A stretch of 64,000 nt of DNA from a virus. Lineage: Duplodnaviria > Caudoviricetes. A program made the position numbers and the translations under genes. This document shows positions 54,553 through 63,533 of this stretch, piece by piece. Position 1 is the stretch's first letter, and each line of letters begins with the position of its first letter. The DNA lies in the IMG/VR virus record IMGVR_UViG_3300032007_004013, positions 1 to 64,000 of that record. The stretch is one strand, 5' to 3'. The notes beneath the pieces were generated by a model, which worked only from the letters and a program-made list of their open reading frames with translations, had not been told where the DNA came from and did no database searches.

Positions 54553-55248
54553 TTACCAAATTGGATCTTTTATTTCCATATCCTCACCGAAGTGAGTCGG
54601 ATCGAGTTCTCTTTGACGTTCAAAGTCCCTTACTCTCGGAATCGTTGCTCTGTCAATCCTTCCTTCGTCGATGTCTCTCTGGTTGGATATCTCCCAACTT
54701 CCGTTATCGAAAAGAGAGAGTTGCAACGGCTTCAATGCAGCTTGTTCATCAACGATCATGTCGAACTCTGTCTTGCCTTTTCTTCTTCCTTCGTAGGTGT
54801 GAACGTCAAAAACCCAATCGGGTACTCCTTCAACGCCAAGTTCAGCTTCATCTATGTTGCTGATGTATTCGTTCGGGATCTCTTCCGGTCTCAGCGTTCT
54901 TACCATACTCATAAAGTTGCAGGCTACGTAACAGGCATCCCTGTTCTTTCGAGCCATACATAAAAGCGTTACCGCTTTGCTGAGGAAGATCGAATCTCTG
55001 TCGTAGCCTTTTCTGCCTTTGTTTACGGTGTCGTCGGCTATCTTCAAAGCAACGATCTCCTTTGTCATCACTCCGTAGCAATCTTCAGCAGAGATTACAT
55101 AGAGGCGTTTCCAGAGATAATCAGGGAACTTACCTCTCAGTTCTTTGGCAGCAAAGGCTGCTCTGTTGATGTCTGCCCGTCTGATTGCTTTCTGAAGCAT
55201 ACTTGACATTGTGTACATACTGTAACCGCCGTCTGTCATTAACTTCAT
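54553..55248 (-). CDS. Stand-alone RarA/MgsA C-terminal-like protein
   Basis: SMLQKAIRR...A...LWKRL.VISAEDC resembles the RarA collar region; no Walker A/B motifs. Confidence 0.6.
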   Translation of the reverse strand: MKLMTDGGYSMYTMSSMLQKAIRRADINRAAFAAKELRGKFPDYLWKRLYVISAEDCYGVMTKEIVALKIADDTVNKGRKGYDRDSIFLSKAVTLLCMARKNRDACYVACNFMSMVRTLRPEEIPNEYISNIDEAELGVEGVPDWVFDVHTYEGRRKGKTEFDMIVDEQAALKPLQLSLFDNGSWEISNQRDIDEGRIDRATIPRVRDFERQRELDPTHFGEDMEIKDPIW

Positions 55249-55285
55249 TACATTACCTCGTTTCTTTGTATTATTTGGTACTTTT

Positions 55286-55314
55286 ATTCTACCACAAATT
55301 AACTCTTGCGTCAA
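55286..55314 (-). promoter_or_regulatory. sigma70-type promoter
   Basis: TTGACG-N17-TAGAAT with TGTGG, same family as the early promoters. Confidence 0.7.
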
Positions 55315-55342
55315 TAATGTAATAAGATTTTTTAATCTTAAC

Positions 55343-56074
55343 TCAACGGTTTACTAATATTTTGGGAACGTTCTTGTTCGCGTTGTAATCAAAATACTTT
55401 CCCCACTTAGCTTTCATCATCTCAACTGACGCTGCGATGTCTTCTCGGTTGTAGCTTGATCCCGTGGTGTTCGTGATGTCATCTTCTTGCGGATTGTCAA
55501 CGAGGTACTTTGCGTTCAGGCACACTCTGTTAAGCAGAAGCTCCGTGAGAACATAGTCAATATCGGTGTTGCGAGGAAGTTCTGTGTCCATTCTCGCTTT
55601 GATACATTTTCTGTTCACTACCTTGAACGCTCCGGGGATCCCGTACCAGCCAAACTCGCTTGTATACACATAAGGAGTAGGTGTAGCGGAGCCAAAAGCA
55701 ACTCCAATATCGAGATCGTAGATAAGTTGGGCAAGACGTTCAAATTCAGCTTGGCACGTCTCTACATCATCAATAGAGTAGTTCCTCTCTAACCTGTAGA
55801 TGAAATTCTTTACATCATCATCTACTATCGCTACTACATCTTCTTCTGCGTTATCGACAATCCAATTATAGACTTTGGAATACTGATTGATTTCTTCGTC
55901 TTCAACTCCGATAACGTTAGGAAAACCTGCGTTAATGTAGAGCTGTTCCTGCGACTTTCTTACGATATGCTTTGGGTTTTCAAACCACTTTCCGGTGATG
56001 ACTCCTCTTTCGTACCTTCCTACTGACGGAATGTACACGCCAAAGGTGAAGTTACCATCTGCCACGAGGGACAC
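55343..56074 (-). CDS. TAGT/GREB1-like GT-A glycosyltransferase
   Basis: YIPS.GR N-terminal motif, VDDD metal-binding motif, DIDY.L..L, terminal ...KWG.Y. Confidence 0.75.
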   Translation of the reverse strand: MSLVADGNFTFGVYIPSVGRYERGVITGKWFENPKHIVRKSQEQLYINAGFPNVIGVEDEEINQYSKVYNWIVDNAEEDVVAIVDDDVKNFIYRLERNYSIDDVETCQAEFERLAQLIYDLDIGVAFGSATPTPYVYTSEFGWYGIPGAFKVVNRKCIKARMDTELPRNTDIDYVLTELLLNRVCLNAKYLVDNPQEDDITNTTGSSYNREDIAASVEMMKAKWGKYFDYNANKNVPKILVNR

Positions 56075-57131
56075 CGTCCTTTTCGTACAACGTGCCGTAG
56101 TTCCGCATTAACCTCATGCCGTATTCAGGCGTAATGTTTTCGTCGATTTTAATGCCAAGGGCGTGTTTGATACCAAGCTCGACAAGATTGAGACCGGCTT
56201 TGGCCGTGAGAGAAACGGTAGCGCTTATCCTCGGATTGATTTCGAGGAGGAAGAGCTTTCCATCATCTCTTCTGATGAAATCATATCCGATATTGCCGTC
56301 AAGCTCGAACAGCTCGTTGAGCTTCGTGACGATTTCGTTCGCTTCCTTGCTTTCGATCAACTCACAGTAGGTAGAAGTGGCAAATTCCATCTTCATATTT
56401 CTGTGAGTTACAGCGTACACGGTTCTTCCGTGATCTACGAGGCAAATGGTGCTTCCTTCTGTTCCGGAAACGTGTTCCTGAAGCATAAAATCTTCGCCGA
56501 TGTCGTCGATAGCAAGTTCAACCTGTGCTTTCGACGTGTACTTGTTAGCTCTGAGGTCTCTCGTTCTGGCGAAGACGCTTTTCTTTGCCATCTCGTCGTC
56601 GATGACTCTGAAGCCTGAAGCGCCGCAACCATCAACTCTCTTGATGCAGACAGGCTTGTCGGGATAACCGAGTGCGTAAAGCGCCTCCTCCCAATTATCC
56701 TTGTTGACCTTGATCGCTTTTGGCATATAGAAGAGGGAACGGCTTTCGAGGAATTGCATGAGCATGTATTTGTTGTTGGCGATGTCAAGCTTATCTTTGT
56801 TGCCGGAAAGAGAAACTTTAATGCCGTTCTTTTCAAAATCATCTCTGTGAAGACTGATGATGTCGATTTCGTCGCTGATAAGCGGTATCACAAGCTCAAC
56901 GCCTGTTGCTTTGCATATGCGAAGAAGCTCCGGAATGTATTCTTTGTCGTCGTATCTCGGAACTTTGCAGAGTACATCGACGTAATTAGCTGCGGCAGGA
57001 TTCGGGCTGCAATCCACGCCGATGATTTTGAAATCCAAATCTCTGCTTTTTCTCAACGTGTCTATGGTTCCGCAGGTGGGCCATCCGCAGCAAGCGGTGA
57101 ACAAAACGGTTACTTTTCTTTTGTCGATCAT
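56052..57131 (-). CDS. ATP-grasp ligase
   Basis: VLFTAC.G..IIGVD..P..D..Y...L...VIP....E; K, P..IK...G.GASG, QEHV.G.E, D....G...LLEINPR.SAT. Confidence 0.88.
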   Translation of the reverse strand: MIDKRKVTVLFTACCGWPTCGTIDTLRKSRDLDFKIIGVDCSPNPAAANYVDVLCKVPRYDDKEYIPELLRICKATGVELVIPLISDEIDIISLHRDDFEKNGIKVSLSGNKDKLDIANNKYMLMQFLESRSLFYMPKAIKVNKDNWEEALYALGYPDKPVCIKRVDGCGASGFRVIDDEMAKKSVFARTRDLRANKYTSKAQVELAIDDIGEDFMLQEHVSGTEGSTICLVDHGRTVYAVTHRNMKMEFATSTYCELIESKEANEIVTKLNELFELDGNIGYDFIRRDDGKLFLLEINPRISATVSLTAKAGLNLVELGIKHALGIKIDENITPEYGMRLMRNYGTLYEKDGVPRGRW

Positions 57132-57736
57132 TGTGTAGCTTCTCCTTTATTCTCTTCTTTGCCGAACAGTTTCTCTCTGATTTTGTGATACCAAACAGCT
57201 CTTCCTTGAATCTTTCTTTTGTTCGTAACGTATACAACAGCGCCTTGTATTCCGAGTTTGGAAACAAGTTCGTCGTAGTCAAAGGAGTCTTTGCAGGCTA
57301 TGAGAATGTAGTCGTATTTCTCGTAGTGAAGAAGCTCCATCTCGTTGATTTTTCTGTCGCCTACCTTTTTGTTGGATTCGGTGATTCCGAGATCTACGCT
57401 AAGATCAGCCGTCCAGTCAGCGAGCACATCGTAGTCCCATTCACCTGCGTGGGTGTTGGCTTTGATGTTGATTGCTCTCTTTTCGGCAGTTGAATAGCCG
57501 ACAATTCTTTTGCACAAAACAGTTGTGTCGGGGCTTTTCTCCAACAGAACACTGCACCGCTGATTTCCTGCGATGATGTTGTTGTCCTCGTCTATGACGA
57601 TAAGCCCAAAATCTCCAAAAGTGTCGAGCGAACGTTCAAGTTCATCTCGTTTGCCTTTGGAGATCTTTCTCGGATTGCCAAATCCGGTTTTGAGGTCGCC
57701 TACTTTTAATTCGACGACTTCAATGCTTTTTTTCAT
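57128..57736 (-). CDS. ParB/Srx N-terminal domain protein
   Basis: DLK....NPRKI...L.RSL..FG....IVID..N.IIAGNQR. Confidence 0.82.
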   Translation of the reverse strand: MKKSIEVVELKVGDLKTGFGNPRKISKGKRDELERSLDTFGDFGLIVIDEDNNIIAGNQRCSVLLEKSPDTTVLCKRIVGYSTAEKRAINIKANTHAGEWDYDVLADWTADLSVDLGITESNKKVGDRKINEMELLHYEKYDYILIACKDSFDYDELVSKLGIQGAVVYVTNKRKIQGRAVWYHKIREKLFGKEENKGEATQ

Positions 57737-57747
57737 TTGTATTCCTC

Positions 57748-58848
57748 CTATATCTGCTTTTCAGCAAGCTCAATGGCGTTTAATATAGTGTCGTCCATGT
57801 CGTAGTATCTGTAGTCTCCCGTCCTTCCTGCGAATATGATATTATCTTTTCCTTTTGATAAACGCTTGTATTCAGCGTATATGGCGTTGTTTACGTAATT
57901 GTTGATAGGATAGTAGGGTTCGTTGAGATCATCGTGTATGGCTGGATATTCGCGTGTAATCACCGTTTTACCGTTGTTGATGGGATTGGTGGAGAAGTGT
58001 TTGTGTTCAACTATCCTTGTGAACGGAATGTTTCTTTCGGTGTAGTTCACAACTGCGTTGCCTTGATAGTTGTCAACTCCTGAAATGGTTTCCTCTTCAA
58101 ATCTGAGCGATCTGTATTCCAGCCTACCGAACTTATAGTCAAAGTATTCGTCGATCTTGCCTGTATAGATAATCTTCTTTGCTATAAGTTCATATTCTTC
58201 CTTGAATGGCGTGTTGAGGATAACGTCTGCATTACTCAACAACTTGCTGAAGATTTCTGTGTAACCGTTTTTCGGGATTCCCTGATATCTGTCGTTGAAA
58301 TAATCATTCCTGTATGTAAACCTCAAAGGCAATCTGCTGATAATGTCAGGCGGCAGATCTGAACATTTTTTGCCCCATTGCTTTTCTGTATAGCCTTTTA
58401 CGAGCATGTTGTAAATCGTATCGCCTACAAGGGAGATCGCTTTCTCTTCGAGGTTCGATGGTGTTCCGGTGAAGCTGATGTCAGCTTTTATTCTTTCAAT
58501 CGCTTCTGCGGGAGATGTTACGCCAAATATCTTGGCAAACGTATTCATGTTGAATGGTAGGTTGTAACTTTGCCCTTCATAGATCGCTATAGGAGCGTTT
58601 ATGAACGGCGTAAACTTGGAGAAGGAGTTTATGTATTGCCAGACCTTTTCGCTATCTGTATGGAAGATGTGAGGACCGTATTTGTGTACATGTATTCCTT
58701 CGATCTCTTCCGTATAGCAATTACCGCCGATATGGTTCCTCTTGTCGATAACAAGACATCGTTTTCCGTGCGCTGATGCTATCTGGCAAAATACAGAACC
58801 AAACAACCCAGCTCCAACTATCAGAAAGTCGTAGCTCAAATGTACCAT
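57748..58848 (-). CDS. glf: UDP-galactopyranose mutase
   Basis: IVGAGLFG (FAD), RNHIGGNCY, HKYGPHIFHT, KQWG, RLPLRF, YQGIP, YRSL.F, YYP, GR.G.Y.YYDMD. Confidence 0.95.
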   Translation of the reverse strand: MVHLSYDFLIVGAGLFGSVFCQIASAHGKRCLVIDKRNHIGGNCYTEEIEGIHVHKYGPHIFHTDSEKVWQYINSFSKFTPFINAPIAIYEGQSYNLPFNMNTFAKIFGVTSPAEAIERIKADISFTGTPSNLEEKAISLVGDTIYNMLVKGYTEKQWGKKCSDLPPDIISRLPLRFTYRNDYFNDRYQGIPKNGYTEIFSKLLSNADVILNTPFKEEYELIAKKIIYTGKIDEYFDYKFGRLEYRSLRFEEETISGVDNYQGNAVVNYTERNIPFTRIVEHKHFSTNPINNGKTVITREYPAIHDDLNEPYYPINNYVNNAIYAEYKRLSKGKDNIIFAGRTGDYRYYDMDDTILNAIELAEKQI

Positions 58849-59080
58849 CTCCAAAAGCAAAAGCCGTCTGAGATAATTCCCAAACGGCTGATTTTCGACG
58901 ATACCATTGTAGCACCTGTAGTTGTGTCATTCAATTTCATTTGCTGACATTTACTATAAATCGCTATCATCTTCTTTTCTTTTTGTCACTTACTATCATT
59001 CACTATTATTCGTTATCATTTGCTCGCATAAAACTTTGCGCTTTAGTGAAGAATCACATAATTCTGGTGGGAAGTTTTCG

Positions 59081-59551
59081 TTATGCGTAGCCGCAAGTGA
59101 CGCCGATTTGTTCAAACTTCGGTCCGTGGTTTCCGTATTCAAGGACAATTCCTTTCTGAGGGTTACTCGCTATAACAAAGAAGTGGAGCATCGCCTCGTC
59201 AATCTTTTCGGGTATCATCATCTTGATGGCTGCTTGCAGACAATCTTCGAGAGTGTAGATGAAATCTCGTCTGTTTCCGTATTCAGTGTTGAATACTGTG
59301 ACCGATTTTCCTTCTCCAACAATCCTGATAATATCGTATTGGGCGAGGATAAAGTCATCGATAGCAAGGGTTCTGAGCATAGGAGCATTCCAGAGCTTTT
59401 TAAGCTTTTTCAGGAATCCAAGCGTGGCTTCATCATCTTTGCGTTTTGATCTGGAAAAGTAGCGCTTGCTGTGCAGCTTGTGTTCAAGTTTATCTATGCA
59501 AGCTGATAAGTCATCTGGTTCACGAAAAGCTCTTATCATTCGTTCCGGCAT
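59081..59551 (-). CDS. hypothetical protein
   Basis: 156-aa ORF in array. Confidence 0.65.
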   Translation of the reverse strand: MPERMIRAFREPDDLSACIDKLEHKLHSKRYFSRSKRKDDEATLGFLKKLKKLWNAPMLRTLAIDDFILAQYDIIRIVGEGKSVTVFNTEYGNRRDFIYTLEDCLQAAIKMMIPEKIDEAMLHFFVIASNPQKGIVLEYGNHGPKFEQIGVTCGYA

Positions 59552-59555
59552 AACA

Positions 59556-59804
59556 TCAACTCCAATCTATAGCTTGTCCGCACTTGGGACAGTATTCATC
59601 TCTGATTCTCCTTGAGATGCTGCTACCGGGACGTAGTTTCGTTCCGCACGAGCAGCACTTGTATGTAGAATTGGCTATGCTCGGCTTTTTCTGCTTTGCT
59701 TTCTCGATTACTTTGTCAAGGGTGATGATGAAATTAAGGGGCATTTCCCACTCAATATAGCCTTTGATAGCTTCAAGATCTGAGACGAGTTCTTCTTTCT
59801 TCAT
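59556..59804 (-). CDS. zinc-finger hypothetical protein
   Basis: CCSCG...CPKCGQAIDWS; GGAGG RBS. Confidence 0.75.
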   Translation of the reverse strand: MKKEELVSDLEAIKGYIEWEMPLNFIITLDKVIEKAKQKKPSIANSTYKCCSCGTKLRPGSSISRRIRDEYCPKCGQAIDWS

Positions 59805-59840
59805 GTTCTTCCTCCGTTATCGGTTTGGCGATTTCTCGCG

Positions 59841-60164
59841 TCAGCCGTTCATCAATAGTTCATTTTCAATGAGATACTTGCTGTACGCTTCTTCTGCATC
59901 TTTACGGTTGAAGAAGACCGTCTTGCCTATCTCAGTATGAGAGATCTCGACGAGCAAACCGACATCAACTTTCGCCTGCCAAATGTAGTTGCGGTAGCGC
60001 CTTACAACTTTGGCTTTTACAACTCTCATCTTAACATCAGAGTAGTATCGTATCGGCTTTAGCAAATATACTATTTGCCCAACACTAAACTTTGGTTCCA
60101 TTAACATCACTCCAATCAAGTCGTTGACCGCAATGGCAACAATGCGGCAAGCCAACCAATTCAT
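59841..60164 (-). CDS. hypothetical protein
   Basis: VGQIVY...IGKTVFFNRKDAE pattern; true start about 60104. Confidence 0.65.
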   Translation of the reverse strand: MNWLACRIVAIAVNDLIGVMLMEPKFSVGQIVYLLKPIRYYSDVKMRVVKAKVVRRYRNYIWQAKVDVGLLVEISHTEIGKTVFFNRKDAEEAYSKYLIENELLMNG

Positions 60165-60420
60165 TCAGTATAATCAAATTGCACGTTGGGCATTTGTAAC
60201 TGTGGGCATATACTTTCTTAGGCTTTTCAGCAACCATTCTTTCGAGAGCGTTTCTTGCTGCTCCTATGAATCTGATCTGCAAAGTCTTTCCGATGCTTCT
60301 ACCGATGCTGTGATGTATCGTTTCGATATAATGCAGAGCTTCTTCAGGTGGCATCGGCATTATGAGTTTCATGCGTTTCCTCCTCTCCAAAACTGATTGT
60401 CTTGTCGTCAAGAAACTCAA
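60085..60420 (-). CDS. zinc-finger hypothetical protein
   Basis: CPTC...CCHCGQRLDWS; true start about 60372. Confidence 0.7.
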   Translation of the reverse strand: MSFLTTRQSVLERRKRMKLIMPMPPEEALHYIETIHHSIGRSIGKTLQIRFIGAARNALERMVAEKPKKVYAHSYKCPTCNLIILNELVGLPHCCHCGQRLDWSDVNGTKV

Positions 60421-60694
60421 TCAGCCGTCGCTTTATCATTTCTGCAAACTCTTCCAAAGGAACTTCCTTCTCTTCGATTATAGCTATCCTCTTGTAGATT
60501 TCAGCCATCTGAATGAGGACAAGCATCGTCATCTGTGCAGGTGTTCCTATGCCGGTGTGGAGATAGTGACCGCCGGGGAATACAATCCTGAAATCAAACG
60601 AATACCCTTCGCCTGAGAGCTGATGCTTCGCTATATCAAGCTCGTGAAAAATTCTCATTACATCATTTCTTCTCATTTCCTTTATCACCGTCAT
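60344..60694 (-). CDS. hypothetical protein
   Basis: 116-aa ORF with GGAG RBS. Confidence 0.6.
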   Translation of the reverse strand: MTVIKEMRRNDVMRIFHELDIAKHQLSGEGYSFDFRIVFPGGHYLHTGIGTPAQMTMLVLIQMAEIYKRIAIIEEKEVPLEEFAEMIKRRLIEFLDDKTISFGEEETHETHNADAT

Positions 60695-60700
60695 GTTCTC

Positions 60701-61219
60701 CTATTTGTTCATTTTGTTCCATAATCGAATTACAACATTCTTTATTTGCGACTCTCTTGTTCCTGCGCCGCAATGATAACAATACGCAGCATAGATCGTA
60801 GTCTCTAAAAATGGATTAACAGATTTGCTTATGCGTATATCTGTGCTTCCGCACTCTTTGCACGGATTGAGCTTTGCAATATCTTTATCAATATACTCTC
60901 CTCCTGTCTCAATAAGGGACTCAATTTCGTGGAATGTGTATCTTCCAGCAAGCCTTTTCAGCCCGTCTCTGAGTTCGATCATCATTTTCTTGTTTTGATC
61001 GTCAACTATAACTGAGGTGGCTCGCATTTTGCAGTTGTCGCCTTTGTATCTAACAGGAATGAGTTCGCCTAATTCGCATGGAAGGGTTATCGTTCTTTCT
61101 TTATCACGGAAGTGGCAGCATGGTTTAGGGTATTCCGATTCAGTGAAAACTTCATATACGCCTGACGCGAATCCGCACACTTCTTTGTGAATGCAATCTT
61201 CACACGTTTTGTTATCCAT
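60701..61219 (-). CDS. hypothetical protein with C-terminal Lar-like zinc ribbon
   Basis: MDNKTCEDC..VC...LNPCKECG...CYHCGA...WN; start trimmed from 61390. Confidence 0.7.
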   Translation of the reverse strand: MDNKTCEDCIHKEVCGFASGVYEVFTESEYPKPCCHFRDKERTITLPCELGELIPVRYKGDNCKMRATSVIVDDQNKKMMIELRDGLKRLAGRYTFHEIESLIETGGEYIDKDIAKLNPCKECGSTDIRISKSVNPFLETTIYAAYCYHCGAGTRESQIKNVVIRLWNKMNK

Positions 61220-61487
61220 TCTTTTCTTCCTCAAGCTTTTTGGTAAGAGCGTAACCTTCAAGCTCCCACAGCTTGTTGGTGATTCGTTCCATACAAATAT
61301 CCTTGCCGATCTCCTCGTCGTAGTTGGCAGGATCAACGGCTGCGCTTGATTCTGTGATAACAAATCCGTTCGGAAGCTTGCAGCATACAACCGTAGCTTT
61401 GCCGTAAACGGTCCTTACGTCGATTTCTGAGTTCGCAATCAAATCCTTGATCTGCTGCTCTGTTACTGTGTTTTTCATAACTTTCAC
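61212..61487 (-). CDS. Gp49/Gp66-family phage protein
   Basis: TVVCCKLPNGFVI.ESSA.VDP.NYD.EIG..IC..RI.NKLWELEGY. Confidence 0.85.
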   Translation of the reverse strand: MKVMKNTVTEQQIKDLIANSEIDVRTVYGKATVVCCKLPNGFVITESSAAVDPANYDEEIGKDICMERITNKLWELEGYALTKKLEEEKNG

Positions 61488-61489
61488 CT

Positions 61490-62074
61490 TTAACCTTTCT
61501 TGTTGATATATTCTGAGAAGACAGGCATATCAAAGCAATCTTCATACGCCGCGAGCCTGCTCCTTAATTCCGCTGCCTGAACTGCTACAGTGTAGCAAAC
61601 GCCGTAGATACAATCTCCTGCATTGCACTCTATGCAAGCACCATCTTCTATTGATTCTGCGCTTACTCCGCAGTGTTCTTTTGCTTCTTGCGCTATGTAT
61701 TCGCACAAGTCCATGTCGTCTTTTCCGTTCGCGTGTCGTAACACAACGCGTCCGTCTTTTGCATAAGCGTAATTCATCATTGCGCTTGTGTAGTTATCAG
61801 GTTCTTCTTGCGTGAGCCTGTAGGGGAAGTTGGGGAGAGCAGACAAGTCTTCAACCCTGTTATTCCACATCTCGATAGCTTCTTCTCTGTCTTTCGCTGA
61901 CATACAACAAGTGCAGTTACACTCAACGAAACATTCACCTTCGCAATCTGGCAAGCCGGGCAGCATGTGCGTATGAGGCTGTATTTCGTTTAGATATGGC
62001 GTTCTTCCGCAAAACGGACACGGCTTTAATTCATTTTCCATTGTCAACCTCCCTTTACTTGTGAAATATAACAC
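61490..62074 (-). CDS. Lar-like restriction-alleviation zinc-ribbon fusion protein
   Basis: ELKPCPFCG...C...EAIEMWN.R; likely start MENELK at 62041. Confidence 0.7.
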   Translation of the reverse strand: MLYFTSKGRLTMENELKPCPFCGRTPYLNEIQPHTHMLPGLPDCEGECFVECNCTCCMSAKDREEAIEMWNNRVEDLSALPNFPYRLTQEEPDNYTSAMMNYAYAKDGRVVLRHANGKDDMDLCEYIAQEAKEHCGVSAESIEDGACIECNAGDCIYGVCYTVAVQAAELRSRLAAYEDCFDMPVFSEYINKKG

Positions 62075-62333
62075 CTATTTGAGTTTGTTTAGCGTTGTCT
62101 TCGCCTTTTTGCTTTTGTTTGATTCTCAAAAGCTTGTGACTTTTTGTACGGCGGTTCCATACGGAAATCGCACGTTCTTTGTCTGTAGTTATAAGCGTAC
62201 CAATGTTGCAAACATTACACTGAACTTGCCAGAAACTATTGTAAGCTTGATGCAGTTTAGCTTTTCCTCCGCAGAACGGACAAGGTTTTAGCTTGTTACT
62301 ATTCTCGGCTTTCATTGTCATCATCATCGTCAT
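62055..62333 (-). CDS. Lar-like restriction-alleviation protein
   Basis: KLKPCPFCGG.A...VQC.VC...A...WNRR. Confidence 0.75.
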   Translation of the reverse strand: MTMMMTMKAENSNKLKPCPFCGGKAKLHQAYNSFWQVQCNVCNIGTLITTDKERAISVWNRRTKSHKLLRIKQKQKGEDNAKQTQIGVIFHK

Positions 62334-62565
62334 CTCCTCCGATTGTTTTGGTCGTGATTTGGAGCCAATCTTCGTTTTGCTTTCTGCAAAAATCGGCGTA
62401 TTTTGTGTTCATCTCTTTGAACATGTTGTCAAACTCAGTGAGTATGACCTTTAACTGCTTGTACCACGAATTACTGATACGCAGACAGATAACAAGCCAA
62501 ATGACGTTTGAGATCATAGCGAATATCCATCCTGCTATTTGAAACAGTTCGTTTGCGATCTTCAT
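62299..62565 (-). CDS. hypothetical membrane protein
   Basis: N-terminal hydrophobic helix; GGAGG RBS. Confidence 0.65.
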   Translation of the reverse strand: MKIANELFQIAGWIFAMISNVIWLVICLRISNSWYKQLKVILTEFDNMFKEMNTKYADFCRKQNEDWLQITTKTIGGDDDDDDNESRE

Positions 62566-62577
62566 AAAATATCCTCC

Positions 62578-62718
62578 TTAAAAAGTTACAGCCGCGTTGA
62601 GGACGGCTGCTGCAAGCCAATATACAGCCATTTTGTACTCTCGATTGATGATGTTGGTGATTGCCGCACCAATGTCAAGAGCGATCATAATAACAGGGAA
62701 GATGCAGGTAGGTTTCAT
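62578..62718 (-). CDS. small membrane protein (46 aa, not in ORF track)
   Basis: Read manually: MKPTCIFPVIMIALDIGAAITNIINREYKMAVYWLAAAVLNAAVTF; GGAGG RBS. Confidence 0.65.
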   Translation of the reverse strand: MKPTCIFPVIMIALDIGAAITNIINREYKMAVYWLAAAVLNAAVTF

Positions 62719-63533
62719 GTTCTATACCTCCACCAATCAAGCTGTTGACCGCAGTGATCGCAATGGCTCTGATACTTATGCGGAATACTGCACCAACATT
62801 CGGGGCAGGTGTAAACATCAACTCCATTATCGTCGACGAACAGTGGTTCTTTTTCGATGTACTGAAGCCGAATAGCGGAAATCGCCGTCAGAACAGCTTT
62901 GTGCTGTTCTGAAGAATTACACTTGATTCTTTTAAGGCGCTCTATAGCCGATTCAGGAGGAGTCAACCGTCTGATCTTTGATTTCTTTCTGATTGTAGGA
63001 TTCGCAACAGCAGCCCACTCATAAGCATCTACTATATCGAAGATCTTTGAGTAGCAAAGCTTTCCGTCGTACATTTCTCCTTTTTTGTGTCCACAGATGT
63101 GGATGTCTTTACCACAAATGCTGCACATTCTATTTTCAACAGAACAGCCTATGCTGATTTCCGAAACCCTTCCGTTTTTGATGTCTGAAACTGTATCAAC
63201 TGTATTCTCGTTTACAGGAATAAAGGCTCGTGCGACAAGCTTGTAGTAATCATCACCTGCTTTAGTCTTTTTACCGGGAACACTTTCTACTCCGCATACA
63301 AATATTCTCGCTGTACTGTTTTTACTTGATGGGGATTTTTCCAATATTCCGGTTTTTCCTACAAACAGTCTTTCGAGTTCGCGGAGAGCTTCTACAGAGA
63401 ACGCTTCATTATCTCCGTCTACATCGTTGTCGCAGAGGTTTACTGTGAACACATAAACTTCATCAGCTTTGTACTTCCGATTTGCAAAGCGGTTTATGTA
63501 CTCAAGCTCTTTTTCAGCGTAACCTTCTAACAT
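62715..63533 (-). CDS. Prohead-protease-like domain fused to a zinc finger
   Basis: LCDNDVD.D.E.FS..AL..L..LFVGK.GI...TARI...EISIGC.V...CSICG...CGH.KG..YDGK.C..DAYEW; C-terminal CPEC..CDHCGQQLDW. Confidence 0.65.
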   Translation of the reverse strand: MLEGYAEKELEYINRFANRKYKADEVYVFTVNLCDNDVDGDNEAFSVEALRELERLFVGKTGILEKSPSSKNSTARIFVCGVESVPGKKTKAGDDYYKLVARAFIPVNENTVDTVSDIKNGRVSEISIGCSVENRMCSICGKDIHICGHKKGEMYDGKLCYSKIFDIVDAYEWAAVANPTIRKKSKIRRLTPPESAIERLKRIKCNSSEQHKAVLTAISAIRLQYIEKEPLFVDDNGVDVYTCPECWCSIPHKYQSHCDHCGQQLDWWRYRT

